Shown here in pieces: positions 49,270-59,888 of a stretch of 64,000 nt of DNA. Each line of letters opens with the position of its first letter. Positions within the stretch are counted from its first letter, which is position 1. A model generated the notes under the pieces. The model worked only from the letters and a program-made list of their open reading frames with translations, made no database searches and was not told where the DNA came from. The DNA is from an uncultured bacterium (lineage in GTDB: Bacteria > Verrucomicrobiota > Verrucomicrobiia > Verrucomicrobiales > DEV007): positions 96,001 to 160,000 of the forward strand of contig CAXBMO010000006.1 in NCBI GenBank assembly GCA_963977015.1, read 5' to 3'. The position numbers were made by a program, and so were the translations under genes.

Positions 49270-49992
49270 GTGGAATCCACGTTTCGCGTAGGGGACGGCT
49301 GCCTGCAAATTCGCGGGCTGGCCGTCCACTTTCACGCGATCCATGATGACGAAGGTGTCTATCTGATTGATGGTGGGTTTCTTGGCGCGATTCCGCGATT
49401 GGAAGCCGCGCTCGCCGGTATCAATCGGGAACTGACTGATGTCCGGGCGATCTTACTGACGCACGGGCATCTCGATCACACGTTCAACATTGCGGAGTTG
49501 CAAACTCGGACTGGTGCTCCGGTTTGGGCTCCGATACGGGATGCTGATCACGTCGCGGGCGCCTGTCCGTATCGTGGCCTTTCTCGCATTTGTGGTATGA
49601 TGGAGGGCGTGTCCCGTGCGTTGCTGGGCTTCGAGCCGCCTTCAGTTGATCATTGGTTTGAACCCGGAGACGAGCTTCCCTTCTGGGGCGGGTTGAAAGT
49701 TATCGGGTTGCCGGGCCACACGATTGGGCACTGTGGATTTTTTTCCGTGTCGAGGCGTTTGCTCTTTTCCGCCGACCTGTTTTCCAACTATTGGGGACCG
49801 GCTCGCAAACCGCCTCCCTGGTTCAATACCCACCCGGAATTGATCGACGAGAGCCTGCGGGTCGCTCTGGAGTCGGGCCCGGCGGGAGTGCTTCCGAACC
49901 ATTCCCGGCGTCAGGCGCCGGAGGCCCATTTGGAATCGTTGAAGAATCTGGCGCGAAGAAGGTTGGGATCCACATCTGAACCCAATCTTTAG
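49270..49992 (+). CDS. Metallo-beta-lactamase fold hydrolase
   Basis: LIDGG, THGHLDH, PGHTIGH, ADL, PNH. Confidence 0.85.
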   Translation: MESTFRVGDGCLQIRGLAVHFHAIHDDEGVYLIDGGFLGAIPRLEAALAGINRELTDVRAILLTHGHLDHTFNIAELQTRTGAPVWAPIRDADHVAGACPYRGLSRICGMMEGVSRALLGFEPPSVDHWFEPGDELPFWGGLKVIGLPGHTIGHCGFFSVSRRLLFSADLFSNYWGPARKPPPWFNTHPELIDESLRVALESGPAGVLPNHSRRQAPEAHLESLKNLARRRLGSTSEPNL

Positions 49993-50066
49993 AAATTTCC
50001 GACGGCAAGGTTCGTGAAGTGTGTTACAAATTGCGTTTTTGCTCCGTAACATTCATACATTTCACG

Positions 50067-50948
50067 ATGGCATCCAAGGTTTACGTTGATGGAAAACTCT
50101 TAGACAAGGACGACGCAAAAGTGTCGGTCTTTGATCATGGTCTGCTTTATGGCGATGGCGTCTTCGAAGGGATCCGTTTCTACAATGATCGTGTTTTTCG
50201 CTGCGAGGAACATATCCGCCGACTTTATGACTCGGCGAACGCGATTGCCTTGACCATTCCGATGGAGCCGGAGGAAATGACGGAGGCCATGCTTGAGACG
50301 ATTCGGGCGAATGACCTTCATGATGGATACATCAGGCTTGTGGTGACCCGTGGAGAGGGGGGATTGGGACTGAATCCCAAACTGTGCCCCAAGGCTTCGG
50401 TCATCATCATTGCGGCGACGATCACACTCTACCCTGAAGACGACTACACCAATGGCCTCAAGTTGGTGACGTGCTCGACACGGCGTCCGACTCCGGCATC
50501 GTTGAGCCCGGAGGTAAAGTCGTTGAACTACCTGAACAACGTCATGGCCAAGCTGGAAGCGCTCAATGCCGGTGCGGTCGAAGGCATCATGCTGAATGAG
50601 CAGGGGTTTGTTGCCGAATGCACCGGCGACAATGTGTTTGCGGTGCGCGATGGCGCGATCAAAACGCCTCCGGTTTCAGCTGGAGCGCTGAACGGAATTA
50701 CCCGGAGCGTGATCTTTGACGTCACGAAAGAGCTCGATATCCCGTTGGAAGAGGGGAACATGACACGTTACGAACTCTACACGGCGGACGAAGTCTTTTT
50801 GACCGGCACTGCCGCTGAGGTCATTCCCGTTTCTGAATATGACGGGCGAAAAGTAGGCAAGGATGGGAAGCCCGGGCCGATCACCTTGCGGTGCATCGAA
50901 AAATTCCGCGAGCTTACCAAAAACAGCGGAACGCCAATTTACAATTAG
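50067..50948 (+). CDS. ilvE: Branched-chain amino acid aminotransferase
   Basis: DHGLLYGDGVFEGIR, KSLNYLNN, ECTGDNVF, GITR, FLTGTAAEV. Confidence 0.95.
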   Translation: MASKVYVDGKLLDKDDAKVSVFDHGLLYGDGVFEGIRFYNDRVFRCEEHIRRLYDSANAIALTIPMEPEEMTEAMLETIRANDLHDGYIRLVVTRGEGGLGLNPKLCPKASVIIIAATITLYPEDDYTNGLKLVTCSTRRPTPASLSPEVKSLNYLNNVMAKLEALNAGAVEGIMLNEQGFVAECTGDNVFAVRDGAIKTPPVSAGALNGITRSVIFDVTKELDIPLEEGNMTRYELYTADEVFLTGTAAEVIPVSEYDGRKVGKDGKPGPITLRCIEKFRELTKNSGTPIYN

Positions 50949-50987
50949 TAAGGACAAGCTTAGGATATTTTTCAGAACCCAGCGATC

Positions 50988-51488
50988 ATGGAATGCGACG
51001 TCTGCCATAAAGATAATGCCACTGTGTTTCTCACGCAGGTCGTCGAAGGCCAGGTCCAAAAAGTCAATCTTTGCGACGAGTGTGCCGAAACCAAGGGGGT
51101 TACGGATCCTCAGGGGTTTAATTTGGCGGAGCTCTTAAAAGGTATGGGAGAAAAATCCACACAATCCAAGTCTTCACGGGGAACCATTTGTCCAGTCTGC
51201 GGCTTTTCCCAAGGCGATTTCAAGAAGACCGGACGGATGGGCTGTAGCCACTGCTACGTCATATTTGAAGCGGGTGTGGAAGGGCTCCTGAATGCGATGC
51301 ACAAGGGCACGAGCCATCTCGGAAAAGTTCCGGGTCAGGCGCCTGAAGAAGTGAAAATCGACAACCAGATTGGTGTCTTGCAGAAAAAACTCGCGGACTC
51401 CATCGAAAACGAAAACTACGAAGAGGCAGCCTTGATTCGCGACCAATTGAGGCAGTTGGAAAGCGAGAACATCGCTTCGGAGGCCTGA
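50988..51488 (+). CDS. mcsA: McsA (CxxC + UVR) activator of arginine kinase
   Basis: Four CxxC motifs, GRMGCSHCY, H.GK.P, ENYEEAALIRD. Confidence 0.92.
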   Translation: MECDVCHKDNATVFLTQVVEGQVQKVNLCDECAETKGVTDPQGFNLAELLKGMGEKSTQSKSSRGTICPVCGFSQGDFKKTGRMGCSHCYVIFEAGVEGLLNAMHKGTSHLGKVPGQAPEEVKIDNQIGVLQKKLADSIENENYEEAALIRDQLRQLESENIASEA

Positions 51489-51774
51489 ATTCGCGGCACG
51501 CGAGTTTTTGCGGGATCTGGAGGCGTTAGGATCATTTGATCCATGGGTGTGGTCGAAAAATCTGCGCCCAAGGGCTAATGCGGAGCGTATGGCAACGGAA
51601 TTGGGAGGCGATCAGTCTTCGAGTTTTTAGCTTTCAGTAATTTCCGTAGTTAATAAGATACATCAAATTGTCAGATTCGCCGTGAGAATGGGAAGATCGC
51701 TTTCTTTCGAGAATATTACTGAACTGACTAGCATTGACGCTAAACGCGTGTTTACTTTCAACAGTCGATAACCG

Positions 51775-52875
51775 ATGAAATTTTCCACTCTGTTGCATAG
51801 TCCTGCGGATTGGACCGCTGAAACCGGCCCTCACGGTGACATCGTCGTTACGAGTCGAATCCGACTGGCGCGCAACGTGGAGGGCGTGGCGTTTCCTGGG
51901 TGGGCCAAAAAACCGGTGCGTTCCGATCTTTTGGAGCAAATTCGCCCGAAAATTGAGAGCTTGCCTGAGATGGAGAATGCGTTCTCCGAGGAGCTCAAGG
52001 ACTTGACGGCCATTCAGAAGCAGGTGCTGGTCGAGCGACACCTGATCAGCCGGGAGCACGCGGCGAAAAGTGCCGGCAGTGCCTCAATCATGAATCGACC
52101 TCAAACGATCAGCATCATGATCAACGAGGAAGATCATCTCCGAATGCAGGCGATCCTGCCCGGTCTGCAATTGGGCAAGGCCTACGAGATGCTCAACAAT
52201 GTCGATACCAATTTGGAGAACCAGATCAGTTTCGCCTTCGACAAGCGTTGGGGATATTTGACCGCCTGTCCCACGAACTTGGGAACGGGGATGCGTGCGA
52301 GCGCCATGCTCCACCTTCCCGCGTTGGTGTTGAGTGAGTCGATCAATCAGGTGATCCAGGCCGTGAACAAAATCGGGTTGGCGGTGCGGGGACTTTACGG
52401 GGAAGGAACCGAGGCACTTGCAAACCTGTTCCAGATTTCGAACCAATCGACCTTGGGTGAAAGTGAGGCCGATATTTTGGCGAAGTTGGAGAAGGTGATT
52501 CACCAGATCATCGATCACGAGGAGAACGCGCGTCAGAAGCTGATGGAGGACAAGCTGGAAGTTCTTCAGGATCAAATTGGCCGTGCCTATGCCATCTTGC
52601 GCTACGCGCACATCATTCCCTCCAAGGAAGCGTTGAATCTGCTTTCGATGTTGCGGCTGGGGATCGACCTCAAATTCTTCCCGGAAGAGGAGCAGCCGTT
52701 GATTGATTTGCTCTTGATGGAAATCCAGCCCGCCCATCTTCAAACCGAGGCAAAAACCAAGCTCGGAGCCGAAGAACGCGACATGATGAGGGCCGAAATC
52801 ATGCGCCGTAAGTTGAAAACTTTGCCCGCACCGAGTAATAGTAGAAATTCTGGCCCCGATCCTACGTCCAACTGA
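51775..52875 (+). CDS. mcsB: Protein arginine kinase McsB
   Basis: SRIRLARN, ERHLIS, NEEDHLR, GYLTACPTNLGTGMRAS, VRGLYGEG, QISNQ. Confidence 0.95.
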   Translation: MKFSTLLHSPADWTAETGPHGDIVVTSRIRLARNVEGVAFPGWAKKPVRSDLLEQIRPKIESLPEMENAFSEELKDLTAIQKQVLVERHLISREHAAKSAGSASIMNRPQTISIMINEEDHLRMQAILPGLQLGKAYEMLNNVDTNLENQISFAFDKRWGYLTACPTNLGTGMRASAMLHLPALVLSESINQVIQAVNKIGLAVRGLYGEGTEALANLFQISNQSTLGESEADILAKLEKVIHQIIDHEENARQKLMEDKLEVLQDQIGRAYAILRYAHIIPSKEALNLLSMLRLGIDLKFFPEEEQPLIDLLLMEIQPAHLQTEAKTKLGAEERDMMRAEIMRRKLKTLPAPSNSRNSGPDPTSN

Positions 52876-52893
52876 TCTGACTTGTCTATTCCT

Positions 52894-55404
52894 ATGAACA
52901 ACTTCACTCCCAGAGCTCAACAAGTTCTCGCCTTGGCCCGTAAAGAGGCGGATCGATTCAATCATAATTACGTTGGAACCGAGCACTTGCTCCTCGGCCT
53001 GATTAAACTCGGTCAGGGTGTGGCGGTGAACGTGCTGCAGAAGATGGGATTGGATCTCGAAACCGTCCGAATGGAAGTCGAGAAACAGGTTGGATCAGGC
53101 GGCGACCAAAAAATGGTCGGGAACATCCCCTACACGCCTCGCGTGAAGAAGGTTTTGGCATTGGCCGGCAAAGAGGCCAAGGCGTTGAACCACTCCTACG
53201 TTGGAACCGAGCACATCCTGCTGGGGTTGTTGCGGGAAGGTGAGGGCGTGGCCGCTCGCGTTCTGAGAACGCTTGAAGTGGATATCGAACGCACCCGTAA
53301 TGAGATCCTGAAAGAACTCGATCCCAACTTCGCTCCTGAAGGTGACGAAGAGAGCGAATTTGGCGGTGGTGGTGGAGAGCCCGGCAAAAAGGACTCCAAG
53401 ACTCCAGCCCTCAAAGCCTTCGGTCGCGACTTGACCGAGCTTGCCAAAGAAGGGGAATTGGATCCGGTGATCGGACGTTCCGAGGAGATCGAGCGGGTGA
53501 TTCAGATTCTGTGCCGTCGCACGAAGAACAATCCGGTTCTGATCGGTGAAGCCGGCGTCGGGAAAACGGCGATTGTCGAAGGATTGGCCCAAGAGATCGA
53601 AATGGGGAACGTTCCTGAGATCCTCGCGGGCAAGAAAGTGATTACGCTGGATTTGGCGTTGATGGTGGCTGGAACCAAATATCGGGGTCAGTTTGAAGAG
53701 CGCATCAAGGCGGTGATGGATGAGATTCGCCGCAATAAGAACGTGATTCTCTTTATCGACGAGCTCCACACCATCGTGGGTGCGGGTTCGGCTGAAGGCG
53801 CGATGGATGCGAGCAACATCATCAAGCCTGCTCTGAGTCGCGGCGAATTGCAATGCGTTGGCGCGACGACCCTGAACGAGTATCGCAAATACATCGAAAA
53901 AGATGCAGCCTTGGCTCGACGTTTCCAAAGCGTGAAAGTGGATGAGCCAACCGTTGAGGATGCGATCCAGATTTTGATGGGACTTCGCCACAAGTACGAA
54001 ATCCACCACAAAGCCGAATACACGGATGATGCGATCGAGTCTTCGGTGAAGCTGAGTTCCCGTTATCTCACGGACCGATTCTTGCCGGACAAGGCGATCG
54101 ATGTCATGGACGAAGCCGGGGCAAAAGCCCGGATTGCCGCCATGACGCGTCCTCCGAAGTTCAAGGATCTCGAAGCCAATATCGAAGAGATCGTCACCGA
54201 AAAGGAAACGGCGATCCAGGATCAGGATTTCGAGAAAGCAGCTTCACTTCGCGACAAAGAGAAGCAGCACAAAGATGAGCTCGAGAGCCTTCTCGATGAG
54301 TGGCGCCAAAGTAACGAGGAGAAGAAAGTCACGGTTGATGAAGACGAAATCATGTCGGTCGTCAGCAAGTGGACGGGAGTTCCTCTCCAGCGAATGGAAG
54401 AGAAAGAGACCCAGAAACTGCTGGGAATGGAAGAAGAGCTGAAGAAGCACGTGATCGGCCAAGACGTTGCGGTCTCTGCGATCAGCAAAGCGCTCATCCG
54501 CTCTCGCGCCGATTTGAAAGATCCGCGTCGTCCCATCGGTTCGTTCATTTTCCTCGGACCAACGGGTGTTGGTAAGACGTTTCTCGCCAAGAACCTGGCC
54601 GAGTTCATGTTCGGTGATCCCGATGCCCTGATCCAAATCGACATGTCGGAATACATGGAGAAATTCTCCTCCAGCCGGCTGATCGGTTCGCCTCCAGGAT
54701 ACGTTGGCTACGAAGAAGGCGGTCAACTTTCAGAAGCCGTCCGTCGCCGTCCGTATTCCGTGGTGCTTTTCGATGAGATTGAGAAAGCGCACCCGGACGT
54801 GATGAACCTTTTGCTCCAGATTTTGGAGGAAGGACAGATCACGGACAGCTTTGGTCGCCGCGTCGATTTCCGGAACACGATCATTATTCTGACTTCGAAC
54901 GTTGGAGCGAACCTGATCAAGAATCAGTCCAAAGTCGGCTTTGGTGCAATCGACAAGGAAGAGTCCGATTACGATGGCATGAAAGAGCGCATCATGGAGG
55001 AATCCAAGACTGCGTTTAAGCCTGAGTTCCTGAACCGCCTCGATCAGTTTGTGGTCTTCCGCATGTTGGAGAAGCAAGATCTGCAGCAAATTGCCCAGCT
55101 GGAGATCGACAAGATTCTCAAGCGTCTCGAAGAGAAGCAGATCGAACTCAAGTTCGACAAGTCTGCGATGGACTTCATCATCGAGCAGGGTTCCGACCCG
55201 GCCTTTGGTGCCCGGCCCATGCGCCGCGCCGTCGAACGCCACGTGGAGGATCCCTTGGCGGAAGCTCTTCTTCGCGGAGAGGTCAAAGAGGGCGACAAAG
55301 TCAAGGTCTCGAAGCGCAAAGGTGAAGACGAGAAAACGCTTCGCTTCACCCCGGCCAAGACCAAAAAGGCGGCGGAGCCTGCCAAGTCAGCCGAGGGAGC
55401 CTGA
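52894..55404 (+). CDS. clpC: ATP-dependent Clp protease ATPase ClpC
   Basis: Two Clp-N repeats, GEAGVGKT and GPTGVGKT Walker A, UVR M-domain, VGF loop. Confidence 0.96.
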   Translation: MNNFTPRAQQVLALARKEADRFNHNYVGTEHLLLGLIKLGQGVAVNVLQKMGLDLETVRMEVEKQVGSGGDQKMVGNIPYTPRVKKVLALAGKEAKALNHSYVGTEHILLGLLREGEGVAARVLRTLEVDIERTRNEILKELDPNFAPEGDEESEFGGGGGEPGKKDSKTPALKAFGRDLTELAKEGELDPVIGRSEEIERVIQILCRRTKNNPVLIGEAGVGKTAIVEGLAQEIEMGNVPEILAGKKVITLDLALMVAGTKYRGQFEERIKAVMDEIRRNKNVILFIDELHTIVGAGSAEGAMDASNIIKPALSRGELQCVGATTLNEYRKYIEKDAALARRFQSVKVDEPTVEDAIQILMGLRHKYEIHHKAEYTDDAIESSVKLSSRYLTDRFLPDKAIDVMDEAGAKARIAAMTRPPKFKDLEANIEEIVTEKETAIQDQDFEKAASLRDKEKQHKDELESLLDEWRQSNEEKKVTVDEDEIMSVVSKWTGVPLQRMEEKETQKLLGMEEELKKHVIGQDVAVSAISKALIRSRADLKDPRRPIGSFIFLGPTGVGKTFLAKNLAEFMFGDPDALIQIDMSEYMEKFSSSRLIGSPPGYVGYEEGGQLSEAVRRRPYSVVLFDEIEKAHPDVMNLLLQILEEGQITDSFGRRVDFRNTIIILTSNVGANLIKNQSKVGFGAIDKEESDYDGMKERIMEESKTAFKPEFLNRLDQFVVFRMLEKQDLQQIAQLEIDKILKRLEEKQIELKFDKSAMDFIIEQGSDPAFGARPMRRAVERHVEDPLAEALLRGEVKEGDKVKVSKRKGEDEKTLRFTPAKTKKAAEPAKSAEGA

Positions 55405-55440
55405 AGTTGTTTCCGGCCAAGGCCGAACCAACCCAATTCC

Positions 55441-55474
55441 CAAAAGGCCTCGATCAATGGATCGGGGCCTTTTG
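55441..55474. terminator. Bidirectional intrinsic terminator
   Basis: CAAAAGGCCTCGATC-AATG-GATCGGGGCCTTTTG between convergent genes. Confidence 0.8.
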
Positions 55475-55497
55475 CTTGGGTGGTGGTGACAGATCGG

Positions 55498-56088
55498 TCA
55501 CTTCACGGGCAGAAGAACTTCGTTGCGCCGCATCGGTCCCGGAGTCCACGGTGGGTCGTAATAGGCGAAGATGGGGCTTCCAGTCACCTTGAGTTCTTTG
55601 GTCGCGACCCATGTTTGAAGTTTCTGAAGGGCTTTCGCTTCCGATTTTGAGCTTCGCCATCCGCTGAACCGAAACACCACGTAGGTTCCGGAATCCATTT
55701 CGGAGAGGAAGACACGCTGGTCACTGGGCTTCGGGCTTCCTTGGCTCGCAATCTCAGCCGGAACGACAAAACTCATCACCCGTTCCTCGCTACCTGCTGG
55801 TCCGACAAAAACCGGCGTGGTCATGGCGATCTCCTGATTTTGCGCATTCTTCCCGGAAATGTAGCGGAACAGCTTTCCGAAACCGTCATTCATCGAATTC
55901 TTGCCGGTTTCCGCCATCGGTGTCGAGACCAGGGCGAGTCCACGATAAGCGCGGATTTCAAACTTCCCTTCCTTCTCCTTCAGCTCAAATGCAGCGGTTT
56001 CATACTTCCCGCGGCCTGTTGCATAAGTCGTCCAGCCGAGAAGGCCTACAACGAGAACGACGATTCCGATGATCAGTTTGTAAGTCAT
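55498..56088 (-). CDS. SOUL heme-binding family protein
   Basis: N-terminal TM; FEIRAY, F.KLFRYISGKN, IAMTTPV, YDPPWTP...RRNEV. Confidence 0.9.
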   Translation of the reverse strand: MTYKLIIGIVVLVVGLLGWTTYATGRGKYETAAFELKEKEGKFEIRAYRGLALVSTPMAETGKNSMNDGFGKLFRYISGKNAQNQEIAMTTPVFVGPAGSEERVMSFVVPAEIASQGSPKPSDQRVFLSEMDSGTYVVFRFSGWRSSKSEAKALQKLQTWVATKELKVTGSPIFAYYDPPWTPGPMRRNEVLLPVK

Positions 56089-56095
56089 GACCGAC

Positions 56096-57238
56096 TTACG
56101 AATGGGGCGGGGCGCCCGGTTGCGGTTCGGGGCTGGCGCGACCTTTCCAACGGGTGCGTCTTCCGGCTTTGGCTCTCGCAAAGCCGATCCATTGAATCAG
56201 GATCAGGACGAAGACGCCGATCGGGTGGGTGACCACGCCAAACCAGGATTGGCCGAAGCGGATTGCGGCCAGAGCGCGAAGACCCAGGCCAAAAGAAGCC
56301 GCCAATAGGAAGAGTTGCCAGGCAAGGCCATCGCTGAAAAACAGGCCAATCCACGGCAAAACCTGGCCACCGATCAGCAAAACCGTCATGGGGCCAATCG
56401 TTTTGGGAGCGCCCATGCCCTCGGCCGCGTTTTTGAGCAACCCATCCCAGGTTTCTCTCGCGTTGAAATACATGCGACAGGTCATTTGTCCGCTGATCTC
56501 CGCCAGGTCCGTCATCTTGCCCGCTTCGCGAAAAATTCGCGGCAAGTTGAGCCCATCGTGAAAGGAGGATGCAATTTGAGAATGGCCGCCAACCTCAAAA
56601 TAGGCTTCGCGATTTGCGAGAATGACTTGGCCAACCGCGGCTCCAAAAGCGGGGTTCAAAAATCGGCGCATCGCAAAAACTGGGAGAAAACCGAGCAAAA
56701 CAAAGTGGATCAGCGGCAACAGCAGCTTCTCTCCCCAAGTGACGGTGATCTGGCGGGGAGGACCACTGACAAGAGCGGGCGCGGTTTTGCTGGTCCGGGC
56801 AAAATCGATCATCCGTCTCGCGGCATCGGGCGAAACCCGAACATCGGCATCGATAAAAAGGAGCCACGGTTGGGATGCCGCATTGGCCAATTGCCAACAG
56901 GCATACATTTTGCCGGCCCAACCTTTGGGGAGCGGTTTGCTCCTGAGAAGTTGGATTCGCGAATCGGATGCTGCCATCGCGTTGACGATCTCGCCGGTTC
57001 CATCGTCCGAATCATCGTCCAGAACGATCACCTCCAAATTGACGCCAGTGCTCTGAATTGCGCTTTCGACGACGCCCCGAATGTTGTTCGCTTCGTTTCG
57101 GGCTGGAATCAGCACCGATACCCCTGGAGCCGAGAGCGAGCAATCGCGTTGCGGAGCTTTGAAAATCGCGAGATTCCAGAGAAACAGAATCACGGGAATG
57201 GAGGCCAGAAGCAGGACGCAGCTTGCGAAAATGAGCAT
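56096..57238 (-). CDS. GT2 glycosyltransferase (CrtQ-like)
   Basis: SVLIPARNE, DDDSDDGT, GWAGK, FIDADV, CRMY; TMs at both ends. Confidence 0.85.
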   Translation of the reverse strand: MLIFASCVLLLASIPVILFLWNLAIFKAPQRDCSLSAPGVSVLIPARNEANNIRGVVESAIQSTGVNLEVIVLDDDSDDGTGEIVNAMAASDSRIQLLRSKPLPKGWAGKMYACWQLANAASQPWLLFIDADVRVSPDAARRMIDFARTSKTAPALVSGPPRQITVTWGEKLLLPLIHFVLLGFLPVFAMRRFLNPAFGAAVGQVILANREAYFEVGGHSQIASSFHDGLNLPRIFREAGKMTDLAEISGQMTCRMYFNARETWDGLLKNAAEGMGAPKTIGPMTVLLIGGQVLPWIGLFFSDGLAWQLFLLAASFGLGLRALAAIRFGQSWFGVVTHPIGVFVLILIQWIGFARAKAGRRTRWKGRASPEPQPGAPPHS

Positions 57239-57346
57239 TACACCATGTGAAGTCGAATTGTTGCCAATGCCGCGGAATCGATGGCGAAGCCGCGCTCTTT
57301 CTGGATCCTCGTCATAGTCATCGGCAACAGGTTCACTGAAACGGCT

Positions 57347-58153
57347 CTAAAGATTGCTGTGTTTGAGTTCGTTGGGTTTGTGCCCTTTTGCGATCAGCCT
57401 GAAGCGTCGCCAGACGTCGTAAATTCCGCCAACTCCGACAGAGCCCTGAATGATTGCTTCAAAGTCTTCAGGATTTCGTCGGATCGCGCGTTCAGCCAGA
57501 AAATCCTGGACCGATTCCAGGGCGGTTTCGAGTTCGGCGGTCATCTCCTTCACCCCAAGCGTTGGGTCGAGGCGCAACGGGGTTCCTAAATGGATCAGTG
57601 CTTCGGGGCGGCTTTCTTCCCAAAACGGATACTCGATCGCCAAGGGCAGGAATTGGATTCCGCCAACCCGTTTTGCGATGTGGGAAATGCCGCGTTCGAA
57701 CGTGATGGGGCGGTCACGAACGTCCACGAAGCGCCCTTGAGGGGTCAGCCAAATCATCGAGAACGGTCGCTGCAAAACCGCTTCCGAGAGGCGAAGAAAC
57801 TGGCGTGAAGCGGAGGCTTTGTTCTCGCGATCGACTCCGATGAATCCAAGTTTCCGGAAAATGCCGTAGCGCTCCAGCATCGACGCATCGATCGGCGTGT
57901 AACCCGTTCGGTCAGGAAAAAATCGCGCTTTGAGGATCATCGAAATGAGTGGATCCCACCAGGAGGAATGGTTCGCAAAAACGACGAACGGCTCATCGTC
58001 CACTGGGGAGATGTTCTCAGCCGACTCCTTGGTGATTCGAACCTGATGAAATCCCTTTTTCAGTTTTTGCCGCGAGACTTCACAGAACCACGCCACAAAC
58101 CAACGGGCGGGTTCGGGAGGGAGCTCAAGTTCATGGGAAGGAGAATCGGCCAC
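57347..58153 (-). CDS. Lysophospholipid-acyltransferase family protein
   Basis: ANHSSWWD (HX4D), TPQG, PLAIEY.FWEE..PE; GTG start at 58153 inferred. Confidence 0.82.
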   Translation of the reverse strand: MADSPSHELELPPEPARWFVAWFCEVSRQKLKKGFHQVRITKESAENISPVDDEPFVVFANHSSWWDPLISMILKARFFPDRTGYTPIDASMLERYGIFRKLGFIGVDRENKASASRQFLRLSEAVLQRPFSMIWLTPQGRFVDVRDRPITFERGISHIAKRVGGIQFLPLAIEYPFWEESRPEALIHLGTPLRLDPTLGVKEMTAELETALESVQDFLAERAIRRNPEDFEAIIQGSVGVGGIYDVWRRFRLIAKGHKPNELKHSNL

Positions 58154-58270
58154 CGGAGTTTCTTCAGGATGATACGCATTGATTGGCAGGAGGGACCAAT
58201 CCTTCTTTGGCTCGAGATTGCGTTTTCGCGCGGCTTCACTAGGCTGAATGGTTCCAAACCCCTTCTGCAC

Positions 58271-59146
58271 ATGCAAAAATCCCTGCTTCCGCTCTTTTTG
58301 TTCGCTCTGATCCTTCCTGAATTTGCCTTCGCGCAAAAGAACTACCCGCCGAAAATCGTTGGTGCGGAGCGGGTCACCTACAAGGAGGTTGGCGAGGTCA
58401 AACTCGATCTCTGGGTCTTTAAGCCGGAGAGCTGGACGGCTGACGACCGGCGGCCCGCGGTGATTTTTTTCTTCGGAGGAGGGTGGAAAGCGGGAAGTCC
58501 GGGGCAGTTTACCGAGCAATGCAAAAAACTCGCTGCTCGCGGGATGGTTGCGATGACCGCAGATTACCGGGTTCGCAGTCGCCACGGAACGCTGGCGAAA
58601 GATTGTGTCGATGATGCGCGGGACGCGATGCGGTGGGCGCGGACGCATGCCGGTGAACTGGGAATCGATCCGGGGCGATTGGCGGCCGGTGGAGGCTCTG
58701 CCGGTGGTCATATTGCGGCGTGCCTTGGTGTGATTTCGCCGGAAGGGGAGGAAAGCGTTTCCTCTCGAGCGGATGCATTGCTTCTTTTCAATCCCGCCTG
58801 CGTCCTTGCTCCGATCGACGGGAAAATGCCGTGGAATGAAGATCGGAGCGAAGAGATGCGGGAACGCATGGGAGTCGATCCGATTGCCATTTCACCGGCC
58901 CATCACGTGGATGCCGGTGATCCGCCTGCCGCCCTGTTTCACGGAGTGGAAGATCCAACCGTCTCGGTCGAGACCGCCGAAATCTTCACGGCGAAGATGA
59001 ACGAAGCGGGCGTGCAATGCCGGCTGTTTGCCTATGAGGGTGAGAAGCACGGGTTTTTCAATTTTGGTCGAGGCGACAACAGGATGTTTGAGGCGACAAC
59101 GAAGGATATGGAGTCGTTTCTAACGGAGCTGGGCTGGTTGGAATGA
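58271..59146 (+). CDS. Secreted alpha/beta hydrolase (esterase)
   Basis: Signal peptide; FFGGGW, GGSAGG nucleophile, HG..D, HGFFN. Confidence 0.9.
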   Translation: MQKSLLPLFLFALILPEFAFAQKNYPPKIVGAERVTYKEVGEVKLDLWVFKPESWTADDRRPAVIFFFGGGWKAGSPGQFTEQCKKLAARGMVAMTADYRVRSRHGTLAKDCVDDARDAMRWARTHAGELGIDPGRLAAGGGSAGGHIAACLGVISPEGEESVSSRADALLLFNPACVLAPIDGKMPWNEDRSEEMRERMGVDPIAISPAHHVDAGDPPAALFHGVEDPTVSVETAEIFTAKMNEAGVQCRLFAYEGEKHGFFNFGRGDNRMFEATTKDMESFLTELGWLE

Positions 59147-59748
59147 ACTGGAGTAAGGAGGGGCGAGCCGGTTTTGAGCGGTTTGGGTTGGATGCCGTGC
59201 ATCAGCTCTGGATGGGGCGTTTGCCAGACGATCTTCGGCGGGATGAGGCCGGATTCGAAGAACTGTGGCGCCTCCATCCTCCTGAATTCCATGATGTCAG
59301 GATGGGTGGACGCTGGGTCAAAACGCCGCGTTGGCAGCAGGCCTACAATCGTGACTACGCCTATTCCGGTTCGACCAATTCCGCCCTCGAGGTTCCCGAA
59401 TTGCTGTTTCCCTATTGGCAGTGGGCCCTGGATTCGGTCGACGAGCGACTAAATGGTCTCCTCGTAAATTGGTATGATGGGGCGCTCGGACACTACATCG
59501 GAAAGCACCGCGACACGCCGAACCAACTCACGCCGGGCTCGCCGATTGTGACAATCTCGTTTGGTGAAGCGCGTGTTTTTCGAATGCGGCCGTGGAGAGG
59601 GAAGGGGTTTCAAGACTTCCATGTGACCGATGGGAGCGTGGTTGTCCTTCCGTTCACCACCAACGAAACCTGGTCCCATGAGGTCACGCCAACGCGGAAC
59701 CGTCAGGGACGCCGGGTTTCCGTCACTCTGCGGGTCTTTGAGGATTGA
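59143..59748 (+). CDS. AlkB-family 2OG-Fe(II) dioxygenase
   Basis: LVNWY, HRD (HxD), ISFG, HEV, RVSVTLR. Confidence 0.88.
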   Translation: MNWSKEGRAGFERFGLDAVHQLWMGRLPDDLRRDEAGFEELWRLHPPEFHDVRMGGRWVKTPRWQQAYNRDYAYSGSTNSALEVPELLFPYWQWALDSVDERLNGLLVNWYDGALGHYIGKHRDTPNQLTPGSPIVTISFGEARVFRMRPWRGKGFQDFHVTDGSVVVLPFTTNETWSHEVTPTRNRQGRRVSVTLRVFED

Positions 59749-59838
59749 GGATGGGGGCGTGCTCGGGCGATTTGTTTTGGCGACACAAAACTTGTTTCCC
59801 TGAACGACTTACAGGCGTAGAAAAAAGTACGGATAAAC

Positions 59839-59860
59839 GCTTGTGAAATTTTTCACAAGC
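59839..59860. promoter_or_regulatory. Rex-type operator
   Basis: GC-TTGTGAA-ATTT-TTCACAA-GC, exact TTGTGAA-N4-TTCACAA, ~30 bp upstream of actA. Confidence 0.75.
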
Positions 59861-59888
59861 TCTATACCTTCCGCTCACCGAGACCGAA

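Noticed and set aside
50949-51774. CtsR or CIRCE operators around mcsA/mcsB
   Set aside because: No RGTCAAA-N3-RGTCAAA or TTAGCACTC-N9-GAGTGCTAA match found by eye.
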